A stretch of DNA of 64,000 nucleotides from Candidatus Latescibacterota bacterium (GTDB lineage Bacteria; Latescibacterota; UBA2968; UBA8231), in NCBI GenBank assembly GCA_965206595.1, contig OZ242214.1, positions 2,560,001 through 2,624,000 on the forward strand, given 5' to 3'. The notes under the pieces were generated by a model. It was given only the letters and a program-made list of their open reading frames with translations. It made no database searches and was not told where the DNA came from. How positions within the stretch are numbered: position 1 is the first letter of the stretch; each line of letters opens with the position of its first letter. The translations under genes and the position numbers were made by a program. This document shows, piece by piece, positions 1-10,280 of the stretch.

Positions 1-126
1 GACCAGCAGGCGGCTGATGCAGGCGGCGTGGCCGGGGCGGGTCCCGGCCCTTTCGAAGCAGCGGGTCGCGAAGGCGAGGAGCCGTTCCTCCTCGACGATC
101 AGGTACTCTTCAGGCGGTCTGTTCAT
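1..126 (-). CDS. Ldh_2 family (malate/L-lactate/ureidoglycolate dehydrogenase-like) oxidoreductase, N-terminal part, runs off the window
   Basis: Manual translation from ATG at 126: MNRPPEEYLIVEEERLLAFATRCFERAGTRPGHAACISRLLV, resembling Ldh_2 N-termini. Purine-rich RBS upstream. Not in the ORF track. Confidence 0.55.
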   Translation of the reverse strand, partial: MNRPPEEYLIVEEERLLAFATRCFERAGTRPGHAACISRLLV

Positions 127-301
127 TCCCCTTCTCCTGCGCCTGCCTGCGGGTGTCCTCCTGCCCGGGGCGGGTAGTCTTCAGTGTCTCCGAAACTGGG
201 TTCGCGGATGCTTCTTCTGCGCTGGAAACAGCCGAAACCATGCCATATCTTGCGAGCCTTCATCCCCGTCGCCCCCTCAAAACACAAGATCGGACCAGCA
301 G

Positions 302-1444
302 ATGAAGCTCGATGTCGTCGAGGTTACCAGGGAGATCGTCAACTTCCCCTCCGAAAGCCTGACCAGCAACGTCGCCTGCACCCGGCACAGCGCCAAGATG
401 TTGCGGCAGTTGGGCTTCCAGGTCGAGAGCCTGCCGTACACCGACGCCAACGGCGTCGAGAAGCTCAGCGTTGTCGCCAGGCTCGGCAAGGGAACCGGCG
501 GGCTCGCGCTGATGAGCCACAACGACGTCGTCCCCGCCAACATGGAGGACGGCTGGACCGGGGACCCCTACGATGCGCGGGTCTCCGGCGGCAAGGTGAT
601 CGGCCGCGGTAGCGCCGACATGAAAGGGCCGCTGGCCGCCTCGATCTGCGCTGCCGCCCGCTTCAGGGCCGGCGACCTCAAGGCGCCGCTCTACATCGTC
701 ATAACCGCGGACGAGGAGATCTCAGGTGTCGGGGCCGGCATGGTGACCGACGAGTCCCGCCTGTTCGCCGAAGCCGCGGACGGCTACGGGATCGTCTGCG
801 AGCCGACCCGCCTGCGCGTGGTCCATGCCCACAAGGCCGGGATGTCGTTCGTGGTCACCTCGAATGGGAAGCCGGCGCACACCAGCACCCTGCGGGGGAT
901 CAACGCCAACCTCAAGATGATTCCCTTCCTGCAGGAGATGGCCGAGCTCAACGAGCTGGTGCTCACCGCCGAGCGCTTCCGCAACGACGAGTTCGACCCG
1001 CCGCACTCGGAGCTGACGATCAGCGTCAACGACCACAACATCGCCATGAACATCAGCCCGGCGCGCAGCGTCTGCCGCCTCTCCTACCGCTGCATGCCCG
1101 GCGTCGACCCCAGCGAGATCGTCGAGCGCGTGCGGGACTCGGCGCGCCGGCACCGCCTCGACTGCCGCTACAACAGTTCCGGCAGCCCGGTGTACACCCC
1201 GGTAGATTCCCCCTGGGTGCGGACCGCCCTCAGGCTCACCGGCACGCGCAAGGCGCGCACCGTGCCCTTCGGCACCGACGGCATCCATTATGTAAGGAAG
1301 ATGAAGCAGCTGCTGGTGCTCGGCCCGGGGGACATCGCCCAGGCCCACACCGCGGACGAGTGGATCGAGGTCGATCAGCTGCGAAAGGGGGTGGAGGTGT
1401 ACTCCCGCTTCATCGACCGGGTCTGCGTGCAGGGGGAACTGTAG
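302..1444 (+). CDS. M20 family metallo-hydrolase (acetylornithine deacetylase ArgE/DapE-like)
   Basis: Motifs SHNDVVP, GRGSADMKG, ADEE, CEPT, AHTADE. Start placed at MKLDVV. Confidence 0.85.
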   Translation: MKLDVVEVTREIVNFPSESLTSNVACTRHSAKMLRQLGFQVESLPYTDANGVEKLSVVARLGKGTGGLALMSHNDVVPANMEDGWTGDPYDARVSGGKVIGRGSADMKGPLAASICAAARFRAGDLKAPLYIVITADEEISGVGAGMVTDESRLFAEAADGYGIVCEPTRLRVVHAHKAGMSFVVTSNGKPAHTSTLRGINANLKMIPFLQEMAELNELVLTAERFRNDEFDPPHSELTISVNDHNIAMNISPARSVCRLSYRCMPGVDPSEIVERVRDSARRHRLDCRYNSSGSPVYTPVDSPWVRTALRLTGTRKARTVPFGTDGIHYVRKMKQLLVLGPGDIAQAHTADEWIEVDQLRKGVEVYSRFIDRVCVQGEL

Positions 1445-1603
1445 CGGATCGGGAAGGAGTCCATTCGGCCAGCCCTGTCCACCGCTTGCCGCGGGCTTGC
1501 CGGGGGGCCGCCGAGGCAGGCAACCCGGCGAGACTGGAAGATCCCGGCTTCAATCGAGGGATTTCCCGGCAGTCCCGCGGCTTGGCGCGACCGCGGGCGG
1601 GGC

Positions 1604-2644
1604 TCAGGCAGTCACCGCCCGCTCGAGAAGCCCCTTGGCGATCAGCGCCTCGGCGATCTGGATGGCGTTGAGGGCCGCTCCCTTGCGCAGCTGGTCGCCG
1701 CTGACGAACAGCTCGATGCCGCGGCCGTCGCTGCGCGAGATGTCCCGGCGGATGCGCCCGACGAGCACCTCGTCCCTTCCCGAGGCCTCGATCGGCATCG
1801 GAAAGTGGTTGTTCCCCGGATCGTCGACGATCTGGACTCCCGGTGCCGCGGCGAGGACTTCCCTGGCGCGCTCCGGGCTCATCGGCTCCTCGAACTCAAT
1901 GTTGACCGACTCGGAGTGGGCGCGCATCACCGGGACGCGGACGCAGGTCGGCGCGATCCCGATGGCGTCGTCGTGGAAGATCTTCCGCGTCTCCCGGACC
2001 ATCTTCTCCTCTTCCTCGCAGTACCCCTCCTCGCCGATGGCGGAGTTGTGCGAGAACAGGTTGAAGGCGATCTGGTGGGGCAGCTCCCGCGGCGAGGCCG
2101 GGTTGCCTGCCAGCACCTGGCGGGTCTGCTCGTCCAGCTCGGCCATCGCTTTGGCCCCGGCGCCGCTGATCGCCTGGTAGGTCGACACCACGGCGCGCCG
2201 GATCCGGTTGACCTGGTGAAGGGGCCAGATGGCGACGTCGAGGATGATGGTGGAGCAGTTGGGGTTGGCGATGATGCCGGAATGCCACTCGAGGTCCTCC
2301 GGGTTGATCTCCGGGACGACGAGGGGGACCTCCTCATCCATGCGGAAGGCCGGGGTATTGTCGACGACGACGGCGCGGCTGGCGATGGCGCGCGGGGCGA
2401 ACTCCCGGCTGATGGCCCCGCCTGCCGACGACAACACCAGATCGATGCCGTCGAACGAGGCTTCGGCGAGGTCCTGCACGATCAGCTTCTCGCCGCGGAA
2501 CTCGATCTCCCTGCCGGCAGAGCGCCGCGACGACAGCAGCTTCAACTCGCCCACCGGAAAGTTCCGCTCCGCCAGGAGCTCGAGCATCACTTCTCCTACG
2601 GCGCCGGTGGCCCCGACGAGGGCAACGTAGTACCTGTCTTCCAT
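1604..2644 (-). CDS. asd: aspartate-semialdehyde dehydrogenase
   Basis: VGATGAVG, VPLVVPEIN, IIANPNCST, STYQAISGAG, CVRVPV, DQLRKGAALNA. Confidence 0.97.
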   Translation of the reverse strand: MEDRYYVALVGATGAVGEVMLELLAERNFPVGELKLLSSRRSAGREIEFRGEKLIVQDLAEASFDGIDLVLSSAGGAISREFAPRAIASRAVVVDNTPAFRMDEEVPLVVPEINPEDLEWHSGIIANPNCSTIILDVAIWPLHQVNRIRRAVVSTYQAISGAGAKAMAELDEQTRQVLAGNPASPRELPHQIAFNLFSHNSAIGEEGYCEEEEKMVRETRKIFHDDAIGIAPTCVRVPVMRAHSESVNIEFEEPMSPERAREVLAAAPGVQIVDDPGNNHFPMPIEASGRDEVLVGRIRRDISRSDGRGIELFVSGDQLRKGAALNAIQIAEALIAKGLLERAVTA

Positions 2645-2755
2645 TAATCCTATACCTCCATGTTCCAATAAATTTCCGACTGGCATTTCAGTGGTTGAAT
2701 CAGATTGAGATCCCGAAACCGGCCGCCGCTCTGCGTCCCTCCGGCCCTCAACAGC

Positions 2756-3940
2756 TCACGCCATCAACATCTCGATCATGCGATGGCCGTGGTCCAGCTT
2801 CTCGGCCCCCTGCTCTGCCGCGGCCTCGCTGTAGGACGGCATCCCGTCCGCCTCGATCCCGGAACCCCAGAGAACGAACGGCACGGGCTCGCGGCTGTGC
2901 GTACGTAGCGCGATCGGGGTGCGGTGATCGGGCGCCAGCAGGATGCGCGCCGGTTCCTTCAGGGCCTCCAGCCCGGAGAGCAGGGTGCCGACTACCTTGC
3001 CGTCGAAATCCTCGATTGCCCGCTTCTTGCCCTCGACGTCCCCGTTGTGGCCGGCCTCGTCAGGAGCCTCGACGTGGACGTACACGAAGTCATCGCTTTT
3101 CAGGGCGGCCAGGGCATGCTCCGCCTTGCTGGTGTAGTTGGTGTCGAGGTACCCGGTGATCCCCGGCACGTGGATGACCCTCAGGCCCGCGGCGACGCCG
3201 ATGCCGCGCACGAGGTCGACCGCGGAGATCACGCCCCCGGTAACCCCGAACCTCGATCCGATCCCCGGCAGTTGCAGGGCGCGGCCCGACCCCCAGAGCC
3301 AGATGGCGTTGGCCTGGTAAAGCCCGGACGCCGCCCGCCGTTTGTTCACCTCCGCCCCGGCGAGCACCGGTTCCGCCTCCGCCATCAGCCGGCGGATCTC
3401 CCCCGCCCCCTCGCCGCTGGGCAGATGCGCGGCAATCGACTCCCCCATGATGTCGTGGGGAGGGAAGGACTTCAGCTCTCCGGGGCCGTTCGTGTAGACC
3501 ATGAGATGCCGGTACCCGACCCCGGGATGGAAGCTGATCCCGTCCCGCTGCAGTTGCGCCGCGATCAGCGCCACCAGCTCCGCGGCCTCTTCGGTGCCGA
3601 TATGGCCGGCGCTGTAGTCGGCGAGGATGTCCCCGTCGCGGGTGATGAGGTTGCAGCGGAAGGCGACGTCCCCCTCACCGAGCGGCACCCCCATGCTCGC
3701 CGCTTCGAGCGGGGCGCGGCCGCTGTAGTGGACGCGGCTGTCGTACCCGAAGATCTCGAGGTTGCCGACGTCGCTGCCCGGATGCTGCTCCGGCGGGATC
3801 GTCTGTACCAGTCCGCCCCTGCCCTCGCGCGCGAGGCGGTCCATGTGCGGCGTCGCCGCGGCCTGCAGCGGGGTGCGACCACCGAGCTCTTCGAGGGGGT
3901 AGTCGGCAGCGCCGTCGGGAACCAGGACCAGGTACTTCAT
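2756..3940 (-). CDS. cofactor-independent phosphoglycerate mutase family protein (ApgM-like; subfamily proposed as homoserine kinase)
   Basis: MKYLVLVPDGAADYP, PGSDVGNL, YSGRAPLEAA, HVEAPDEAGHNG, PDHRTP. ATG overlaps the hom stop codon. Confidence 0.85.
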   Translation of the reverse strand: MKYLVLVPDGAADYPLEELGGRTPLQAAATPHMDRLAREGRGGLVQTIPPEQHPGSDVGNLEIFGYDSRVHYSGRAPLEAASMGVPLGEGDVAFRCNLITRDGDILADYSAGHIGTEEAAELVALIAAQLQRDGISFHPGVGYRHLMVYTNGPGELKSFPPHDIMGESIAAHLPSGEGAGEIRRLMAEAEPVLAGAEVNKRRAASGLYQANAIWLWGSGRALQLPGIGSRFGVTGGVISAVDLVRGIGVAAGLRVIHVPGITGYLDTNYTSKAEHALAALKSDDFVYVHVEAPDEAGHNGDVEGKKRAIEDFDGKVVGTLLSGLEALKEPARILLAPDHRTPIALRTHSREPVPFVLWGSGIEADGMPSYSEAAAEQGAEKLDHGHRMIEMLMA

Positions 3941-5238
3941 TACAGCTCTTCCATGCGGATCAGGACCACGTCCTCCTCGACCATCTCCAGCCGGTTCAGG
4001 GCGGCCACCGCCTGCCTCATCGCCTCTTCCCGGGCCTCGTGGGTGACGATGATCAGGGGGACGCTGCCGCCCTGGAGGTCGCGTTCCTTCTGGATCACCG
4101 AGGCGATGCTGATCCGCTCCTGCGCCAGGATGCGGGCGATGCGCTCGAGGACCCCGGGCTTGTCGGCCACCAGCAGGCGCAGGTAGAAGCGGATCTCCGC
4201 GTCCCGCACGTCGGCGAAGGCCCGCCCCCCTTCGGCTGGGATCATGTCGCGAATCGCCGGGCCGGCCCCCGATGCCCGGCGCTCGGCGAGCTCGACCATG
4301 TCGGCGACCACGGCGCTGGCCGTCGGCATGCGGCCCGCCCCCTTGCCGTAGAAGACCTGCGTGTCGACGGCGCTGCCGACCACCTCGATGGCGTTGAACT
4401 CGTCGTGGATGTTGGCCAGCAGCGACTCGCTCGGGACCATCGCCGGGTGCACGCGGGCCTCCACCCGGCCCCCGGCGCGCTTGGCGATGGCGAGCAGCTT
4501 GATCGTGTACCCGAGCTCGCGGGCGTACTCGATGTCCTCGGCGGCGATCCCCTCGATCCCCTCGCAGTAGATGCCGGCGTGGGTGCCGGTGGTGTGGAAG
4601 GCGATGCGGCACAGGATCGCCAGCTTCTGGGCGGCGTCCATGCCGCTGACGTCCATGGTCGGGTCGGGCTCGGCGTAGCCCAGGGCCTGGGCCTCGGCCA
4701 GAATCTCCGCGTAGCTGCCCTCGCCGCGGGTCATGCGGGTCATGATGTAATTGGTGGTGCCGTTGAGGATGCCGTACAGGGACTCGACCTCGTTGGCGAC
4801 CAGGCCGTTGCGCAGGGAACGAATGATCGGGATGCCGGCGGCGACGCTGGCCTCGAACATCAGGTCGGCCCCATTCTCCAGGGCAAGGGCGAAGAGCTCG
4901 TCGCCGTGCTCGGCGAGGACGGCCTTGTTGGCGGTGACCACGTCCTTGCCCGCCTCGAGAGCGGCGCGGATCCAGTCGGCCGCGGGCTCCGCCCCGGTCA
5001 GCTCTACCACCATTCCGACGCCGGGATCGCGGACAACCTCCAGGGGATCCGCGGTAAGCAGACCGGCGTCGACCTCGACGTCCCGCGGCCTGCCCGGGTC
5101 GCGCACAGCGATCCGCCGGATCTCCAGGGCCGCCCGGCGCCGCCGCATCGACTCGGAGGCGTCCCCGACCAGACGGACGACGCCGCCGCCGACGGTGCCG
5201 AGACCGATCAGCCCCACTCCGAGGGAGGAAGCGGTCAC
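3940..5238 (-). CDS. hom: homoserine dehydrogenase with C-terminal ACT domain
   Basis: GLGTVGGG, VVTANKA, FEASVAAGIPII, GILNGTTNYI, GYAEPDP, DKPGVL. GTG start inferred. Confidence 0.95.
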   Translation of the reverse strand: MTASSLGVGLIGLGTVGGGVVRLVGDASESMRRRRAALEIRRIAVRDPGRPRDVEVDAGLLTADPLEVVRDPGVGMVVELTGAEPAADWIRAALEAGKDVVTANKAVLAEHGDELFALALENGADLMFEASVAAGIPIIRSLRNGLVANEVESLYGILNGTTNYIMTRMTRGEGSYAEILAEAQALGYAEPDPTMDVSGMDAAQKLAILCRIAFHTTGTHAGIYCEGIEGIAAEDIEYARELGYTIKLLAIAKRAGGRVEARVHPAMVPSESLLANIHDEFNAIEVVGSAVDTQVFYGKGAGRMPTASAVVADMVELAERRASGAGPAIRDMIPAEGGRAFADVRDAEIRFYLRLLVADKPGVLERIARILAQERISIASVIQKERDLQGGSVPLIIVTHEAREEAMRQAVAALNRLEMVEEDVVLIRMEEL

Positions 5239-5419
5239 GGCGTTCTTCCGGGAAATGAAGTGCCGTTGTCGGGAACGTGGCCCCGCAGGCAATCGGCGCG
5301 CCTCGGGCCTTCGCGCCCCGGATGCCTTTCATGGCCCCCCTGCGGGGCGATGCCCCAACTGCCTTCCAGGCGCCCGGGCAAGCTCGTGCACTGCATGCTG
5401 CTCACGCTCGGCATGCCGT

Positions 5420-5896
5420 TCATCCCCCGTACTCCGTGGCGCACCAGGTGAACAGGGTCTCCCACTCCCGCCGCTGCAGGGCCACGAGATCCGCGGGAGT
5501 TTCTGCGTGCCGTTTCTCGACGGCGCTTATGAAATCGCCGGGATCGTACCCGATCCGGGATATAGCCGGATGGTCCCCGACCTTGTTGAACCAGTAGCGG
5601 CTGTTGTCGAAGTCCCCCTCGCGGCGATGCATGATCCCGTGCCAGAAGGAGCCGGTGGCGTCGTCGATCTGCTGGCAAATCCGGTGGCTGCGGTCGAGGT
5701 CGTCGGCGTAGAGCCAGAGGGCCGCCTGCAGGACCGGAGCGGCCAGCGCCTCATCCTCGAGCACCGTTTCGACGCTGCCGGCGGCAGCGGCCGGCGGGGG
5801 CCCGGAGACGACGAGGCGGTCCAGCGACGACTGCCGGGGAAGTTGGTTCCACAGCGGCTTCAGTGCCCGCGCCACGGCCTCGGGAAGGTCCTTCAT
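5420..5896 (-). CDS. conserved hypothetical protein
   Basis: Good RBS (AAGGAGAAG). Motif SHRICQ...WHGIMHRREGDFDNSRYW and C-terminal EWETLFTWC. Confidence 0.75.
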   Translation of the reverse strand: MKDLPEAVARALKPLWNQLPRQSSLDRLVVSGPPPAAAAGSVETVLEDEALAAPVLQAALWLYADDLDRSHRICQQIDDATGSFWHGIMHRREGDFDNSRYWFNKVGDHPAISRIGYDPGDFISAVEKRHAETPADLVALQRREWETLFTWCATEYGG

Positions 5897-6016
5897 CGCT
5901 CTTCTCCTTGTTGTCGTAACTTCAGTGTGTGAATGTACATATGACAGTTTGTACGGTCAACGGAAGGGCTTGTTTGCGTTGCCGTAGGAGCGGATTCCCG
6001 CTATGATCTGGCCGCC

Positions 6017-6628
6017 ATGACCCACCTGCTCACAGCCCTCGCCTGCGCCCTGGCGAGCGCTGCCCCTTCCTCCACCCCTGCGGCCCCCGACCCCGGCGCG
6101 GATTCTACCGGCACTTCCGAAGAGCTCATCCTCCCTGCCACCTTGCAGGACATCGACGGGCGCGAGCTCGACCTGGCGGAACTGGTACGGCGCCGGCGGG
6201 TGGTGTTCGTCACCCTGAAGGCGCCGTGGTGCCAGGTCTGCTCGCGGCAGCTCGTGCGCCTGCGGGCGCTGCAGTCGCGGCTGAGCCAGTGCGGGACCTC
6301 CTTCGTCGTCCTTGCGCCCGGGCCGCCCAAGGAAATCTCCGAGGTCCGGCGCATCACCGGCTTCTCGGCCAGCTACGTCGAGGACGTCGGTCTTGAGCTC
6401 GCCCGCGGCCTCGGCCTGCAGCTCGCCGAGGACCAGATCCAACCGGCCATCTTCAGAATAGACCGGCACCTGCGGGTTACCTGGATGCAGGCTGGCCGCT
6501 CCGGCCGCTACTACGGCGACCGCGGCCTGCTGCGCCATCTCGACTGCGGAAAGGTCGAGACGGTCACCCTCCCGGGGCTGCGACCGCTTGATAGCGCTGG
6601 CATAGAAACGACCGCTCCCTACCGATAA
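6017..6628 (+). CDS. exported peroxiredoxin/AhpC-TSA (thioredoxin-fold) family protein
   Basis: Signal-peptide-like N-terminus, LQDIDGRELDL, APWCQVC (CxxC), QPAIFRID. Confidence 0.65.
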   Translation: MTHLLTALACALASAAPSSTPAAPDPGADSTGTSEELILPATLQDIDGRELDLAELVRRRRVVFVTLKAPWCQVCSRQLVRLRALQSRLSQCGTSFVVLAPGPPKEISEVRRITGFSASYVEDVGLELARGLGLQLAEDQIQPAIFRIDRHLRVTWMQAGRSGRYYGDRGLLRHLDCGKVETVTLPGLRPLDSAGIETTAPYR

Positions 6629-6711
6629 GCCAGCCCCGGCCTCGCTCGGGCTCCCGCGGCCCCGGTGCGGAAGAATCACTGCCGGCTCCCACCCGGGATC
6701 CGGTTCGGATT

Positions 6712-8226
6712 TTACTGTCCGGACACGGTCGTTCCTGGCGGCGGGCTTTTTCGCCCCCGCCCCAGCGACCTCACCAGTGCCCGGATCTCGTGCCGTTCCC
6801 CAGGGTGCATCCAGAGGGCAAGCGCCGAAACCGCGGCGAAGACCCCGCTCCCCAGGACGAGGCGGACCATGGCGTCGTCCACGGGCTGGGCGGCCGCGGC
6901 GCTGACCAGGGCGACGGTGGAGGAAATCGCCGCGACCCGCGCCAGGCGGCTCCAGGGCAGCAGGTCTGCGAGCCCGCGGCGCAGATGGCGGGAGATCAGA
7001 AAAACCAGCAGGGAGATCTGCAGCCAGGTTGCCAGCAAGGTGGCAAGCGCCGGACCCAGGAGCGCGTGCCCGGGGGCGTGGACAGAGAGGACCTGCACGA
7101 AGGCGACGCTCAACGCCAAGTTCAGCAGCAGATCCCCGACGCTTCCCCAGAGCGCCCAGTGGGCCTTGCCCGTGGCGATGAGCAGGGGGTTGTAGACCGC
7201 GCAGCGCAGGGGAAGCATCAACAGGAAGACGCGGAACACGCCTTCGGCCTCGCGGTACTCCTCCGGAACGTAGAGGGCGATCAGCTCCCCGGCGAAGGCG
7301 AACAGGTAGCAGAACAGCGGCAGAATGAACAGGGCCAGTCCCCCCACCGAGCGCTTCCAGAGCGCCGCAATCCCCGCGAGATCGCCGTCGCGGTAGCGGG
7401 CGCTTATCTCCGGAACGAGGACGGTGATGACGGCGCTGAGGAGAAGGCCGACCGGCACCTCGATCGCACCTATGTGGTAGATGCCGAAGGCGCTGGTCGA
7501 AAAGAAGAGGAAGACGACGAGCCGGTCGACGTTGCGCGAGAGGCTGCCCACCGCGTCGTTGAGGCCGATCTGGAAGGAGTAGCGGAGCAGCTCGCCGAAG
7601 CGGTCCCCGGGGGGCCACCCGAACCCGACCGCCCTGGCCACCAGCAACGAGGCGACGGCGCAGCGCAGCAACGCCAGCGCCGACACCGCCCACAGGAATT
7701 CCGCCAGCCCCCACCCGTTAAGCGCGACAGCCAGGGCGGTGGCGATCATGCCGGCGGCAGTGCCGAAGGCGAGCCCGGCCTGCCACGTCGCCCTGCCCGC
7801 GGCCACCAGCGCCGACTCGACATATCCGGCGGCAACGAGGGCCGCGGCATACGGCAGAAACGGGGTGATGTAGGTGCCCAGAGCGGCGAAGTCGACACCC
7901 TCCCACGACAGCTCCGTCATCGCCGCCAACCTGAGAAGCCCGGCGAGGATCAGCCCGGAGGAGAGCAGGCAGAGCGCCGTCTGCGACACCAGCACCGCCT
8001 GCCCGTGCGAGTTGCGGCGGGGGAAGAAATACAGCAGCCCGGTCGGCAGGCCGGCCAAGAAGACCGGGACCAGGGTGTTGGCGAGGACCCAGACGCTGCC
8101 GAAGCGGCCGAACTCCTCCGGCACCCAGACCCGCGTCAGGATGACGTTGACGGCGAAGATGCTGGCCGTGGAGACGCCCCGGGCGCAGGCGACGATCGCT
8201 ATCTTGCGGGTCAGGCCTTCAGCCAC
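6712..8226 (-). CDS. oligosaccharide flippase (Wzx/MATE-like) family protein
   Basis: About 500 aa with many TM segments, ILTR...EEFG, VDRLVV...FGIY, LGPALAT. Confidence 0.75.
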   Translation of the reverse strand: MAEGLTRKIAIVACARGVSTASIFAVNVILTRVWVPEEFGRFGSVWVLANTLVPVFLAGLPTGLLYFFPRRNSHGQAVLVSQTALCLLSSGLILAGLLRLAAMTELSWEGVDFAALGTYITPFLPYAAALVAAGYVESALVAAGRATWQAGLAFGTAAGMIATALAVALNGWGLAEFLWAVSALALLRCAVASLLVARAVGFGWPPGDRFGELLRYSFQIGLNDAVGSLSRNVDRLVVFLFFSTSAFGIYHIGAIEVPVGLLLSAVITVLVPEISARYRDGDLAGIAALWKRSVGGLALFILPLFCYLFAFAGELIALYVPEEYREAEGVFRVFLLMLPLRCAVYNPLLIATGKAHWALWGSVGDLLLNLALSVAFVQVLSVHAPGHALLGPALATLLATWLQISLLVFLISRHLRRGLADLLPWSRLARVAAISSTVALVSAAAAQPVDDAMVRLVLGSGVFAAVSALALWMHPGERHEIRALVRSLGRGRKSPPPGTTVSGQ

Positions 8227-8350
8227 TTGGTAGCACAGGCTTGTTTTTTGGGCGCGGCCGGCGCCGGGACCGGGGCAGGCGCTTCCGGGAAAAGCCAGAT
8301 TCCTCCGAGTGGAGGCGGAAATCCCGACACGCTGCGGTCCGCGACTTGGA

Positions 8351-10093
8351 TCACCCCGGCTCTTCCGCCGGCGCGGCGCTCACCGCGACCCGCGCCACCG
8401 CGTCGAGCTTCTCGACGATCTCGGGGGCGATCTCGCTCCTCGGGACGTGCTCTGCCAGCTCGTAGAAGTTCTTCTTCGCCATCAGGTTCGGCAGGCCGAG
8501 CTTCTCGAAGTAGGCCTCGAAAAGCGGCACCAGGAAATCGTCGCTGGCCTTGATGTCCGGGTCCCAGGGAGACCCCTTTCCGAGCGTCTTCAGGGCCGAT
8601 TCGATTTCCGCGATCGCCTCGTGCATAGCCTTCAGGCGCCTTTTCGCCTCGGCACCGGTGAACAGCGGACCCGGCACGGCTTCCTCGGCCGACGTCGCGG
8701 CGTACGCCTCGAGAGTTGCCGGCGAGCAGACGTAGCTCTCGATCTCCCGGCGCTTCCAGGTCAGGCACTCCACCGGGGAGAGGTCCGGTGGATCCGGTTC
8801 GAAACGGTCGAAGAGGGCGACCCCGCGCAGCTCGGGCAGGGCCTCCTTCAGGCCGTGAAAATGGTCCCGAACCGCCCTGGGCTGATTGCCCACATACTTC
8901 ACGAAGGGGCGCTCGAGAGCCCGGGCAGCGCCCTCGTGGCCCAGCCGCCTGGCGAAGGCCTGCAGAATCGAAAGGTCCGTCGAACCCTCGAGATAGAGCA
9001 CCCAGCCGGTCTGCTCTGCCTGGTAGTACTGTTCGAACCCGATTTCCCTGAGCGCCTTCTGCACCTGGCTGCCGCGGTCGTCGATGCGATGCGGCTTGCC
9101 GACGAAGGCCACCACCAGATCCCGGCCTGCCGCCTCGTTGAGCAGCACCTCGGAGTGGCTGGCGGCGATGATCTGACTCCCGCTTTCGCCAGCCACCTCG
9201 GTGAGCAGGCGGTAGATCTGGCGCTGGCGGAGTATCTCCAGGTGCGCGTCCGGCTCGTCGAGCAGCAGCACGGCCCCCGGATTCGCGTACATGTACGCCA
9301 GGAGAAGCAAAGTCTGCTGCAGACCCCGACCCGCCGAGGACAGGTCGAGCTCGACGTCTTGCTCGCGGTAGGTCATTGCGATCTCCCCGCGCTCGGCAAT
9401 GTAGCGGGGAGGGCGAATCTCGGAACCGAACATGCTCTCGATCTGACCGACGAGCCTTTTCCACACAGCTTGGTTTTCGTCGTGGACCTGCAGGCAGAGA
9501 TTGCGCAGCACCTCCGCGGTGCGCCCCTCTCCGACCCGGACGTTGACCGCCCCTTCATCGAGACGCGTTTCCGTGGCCGCCAGCCCGGACATGGGCGGAA
9601 GGAAAGCGACCCGTACGGTTCCCGCTTCGACGGGGACCGGCATGCGATCAGGGGTCTTGCCCGCGGACAGACGGAGCGGCCGGCAGTAGAAGGACTCGTC
9701 GTTGGCGTAGTCGAACTCCAGCCCACAGGTCCAACACTGATCGTTGGTCACTCCTTCGACGACGATTTCGATGCAGATGTTGCTGGTGACCTGGCGGCCC
9801 TCGACTTTGCGAACGTTCCGCACGTGCAACCCCCGCCACAGGAGGTTGGCGTCGGGAACCGGGATGGCAACGAGGTCGCGGCGGTTGACCGTGACCCCGG
9901 GGCGTTTCTCCGGTGCGCTCTTTCCCGACCGCTTCTCGTTCCAGCGCCTGAGGCCGATGTCCCAGAGGGCCAGCGCCTGCATCGCGGAAGTCTTCCCGGA
10001 GTTGTTGGGGCCGATGAAGACCACCGGGCTCCCGAGCTCGATCTCGACCTCGTCGAAGCGTTTGAAGTTGCGGATGGTGAGCCTGGTCAGCAT
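8351..10093 (-). CDS. ABC-type ATPase with C-terminal TOPRIM-like domain (OLD-family ATP-dependent nuclease-like)
   Basis: IRNFKRF, Walker A GPNNSGKT, signature SSAGRG, Walker B LLLDEPDAHL, ASHS, TOPRIM-like LYLEGSTD and REIESY. Confidence 0.75.
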   Translation of the reverse strand: MLTRLTIRNFKRFDEVEIELGSPVVFIGPNNSGKTSAMQALALWDIGLRRWNEKRSGKSAPEKRPGVTVNRRDLVAIPVPDANLLWRGLHVRNVRKVEGRQVTSNICIEIVVEGVTNDQCWTCGLEFDYANDESFYCRPLRLSAGKTPDRMPVPVEAGTVRVAFLPPMSGLAATETRLDEGAVNVRVGEGRTAEVLRNLCLQVHDENQAVWKRLVGQIESMFGSEIRPPRYIAERGEIAMTYREQDVELDLSSAGRGLQQTLLLLAYMYANPGAVLLLDEPDAHLEILRQRQIYRLLTEVAGESGSQIIAASHSEVLLNEAAGRDLVVAFVGKPHRIDDRGSQVQKALREIGFEQYYQAEQTGWVLYLEGSTDLSILQAFARRLGHEGAARALERPFVKYVGNQPRAVRDHFHGLKEALPELRGVALFDRFEPDPPDLSPVECLTWKRREIESYVCSPATLEAYAATSAEEAVPGPLFTGAEAKRRLKAMHEAIAEIESALKTLGKGSPWDPDIKASDDFLVPLFEAYFEKLGLPNLMAKKNFYELAEHVPRSEIAPEIVEKLDAVARVAVSAAPAEEPG

Positions 10094-10280
10094 CAGTGGG
10101 AATCCGGTTCGATCAGCTTCTGGAGGCCATCACGCTCGTCAGGGTTCGGGTCCGCCTGTCTGCAACCCCTTGATGCCGGACACGCGCATTCGTATCCGGC
10201 AGATATCGAAGTGGCCTTGGAGGAATACCTTCTGTCCGACCCGCGATGAGAGTGGATTTTCAGCCATTTTGCCAATCCTC

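Noticed and set aside
2756-5332. 858-aa ORF suggesting a large fusion
   Set aside because: The N-terminal half is an Arg-rich off-frame overlap with hom; the real gene starts at 3940
10130-10240. Possible remnant of a gene upstream of the ATPase (QKVFLQGHFDICRI)
   Set aside because: Too short to assign without a search
8309-10249. 646-aa plus-strand ORF
   Set aside because: Antisense to the well-supported ATPase gene
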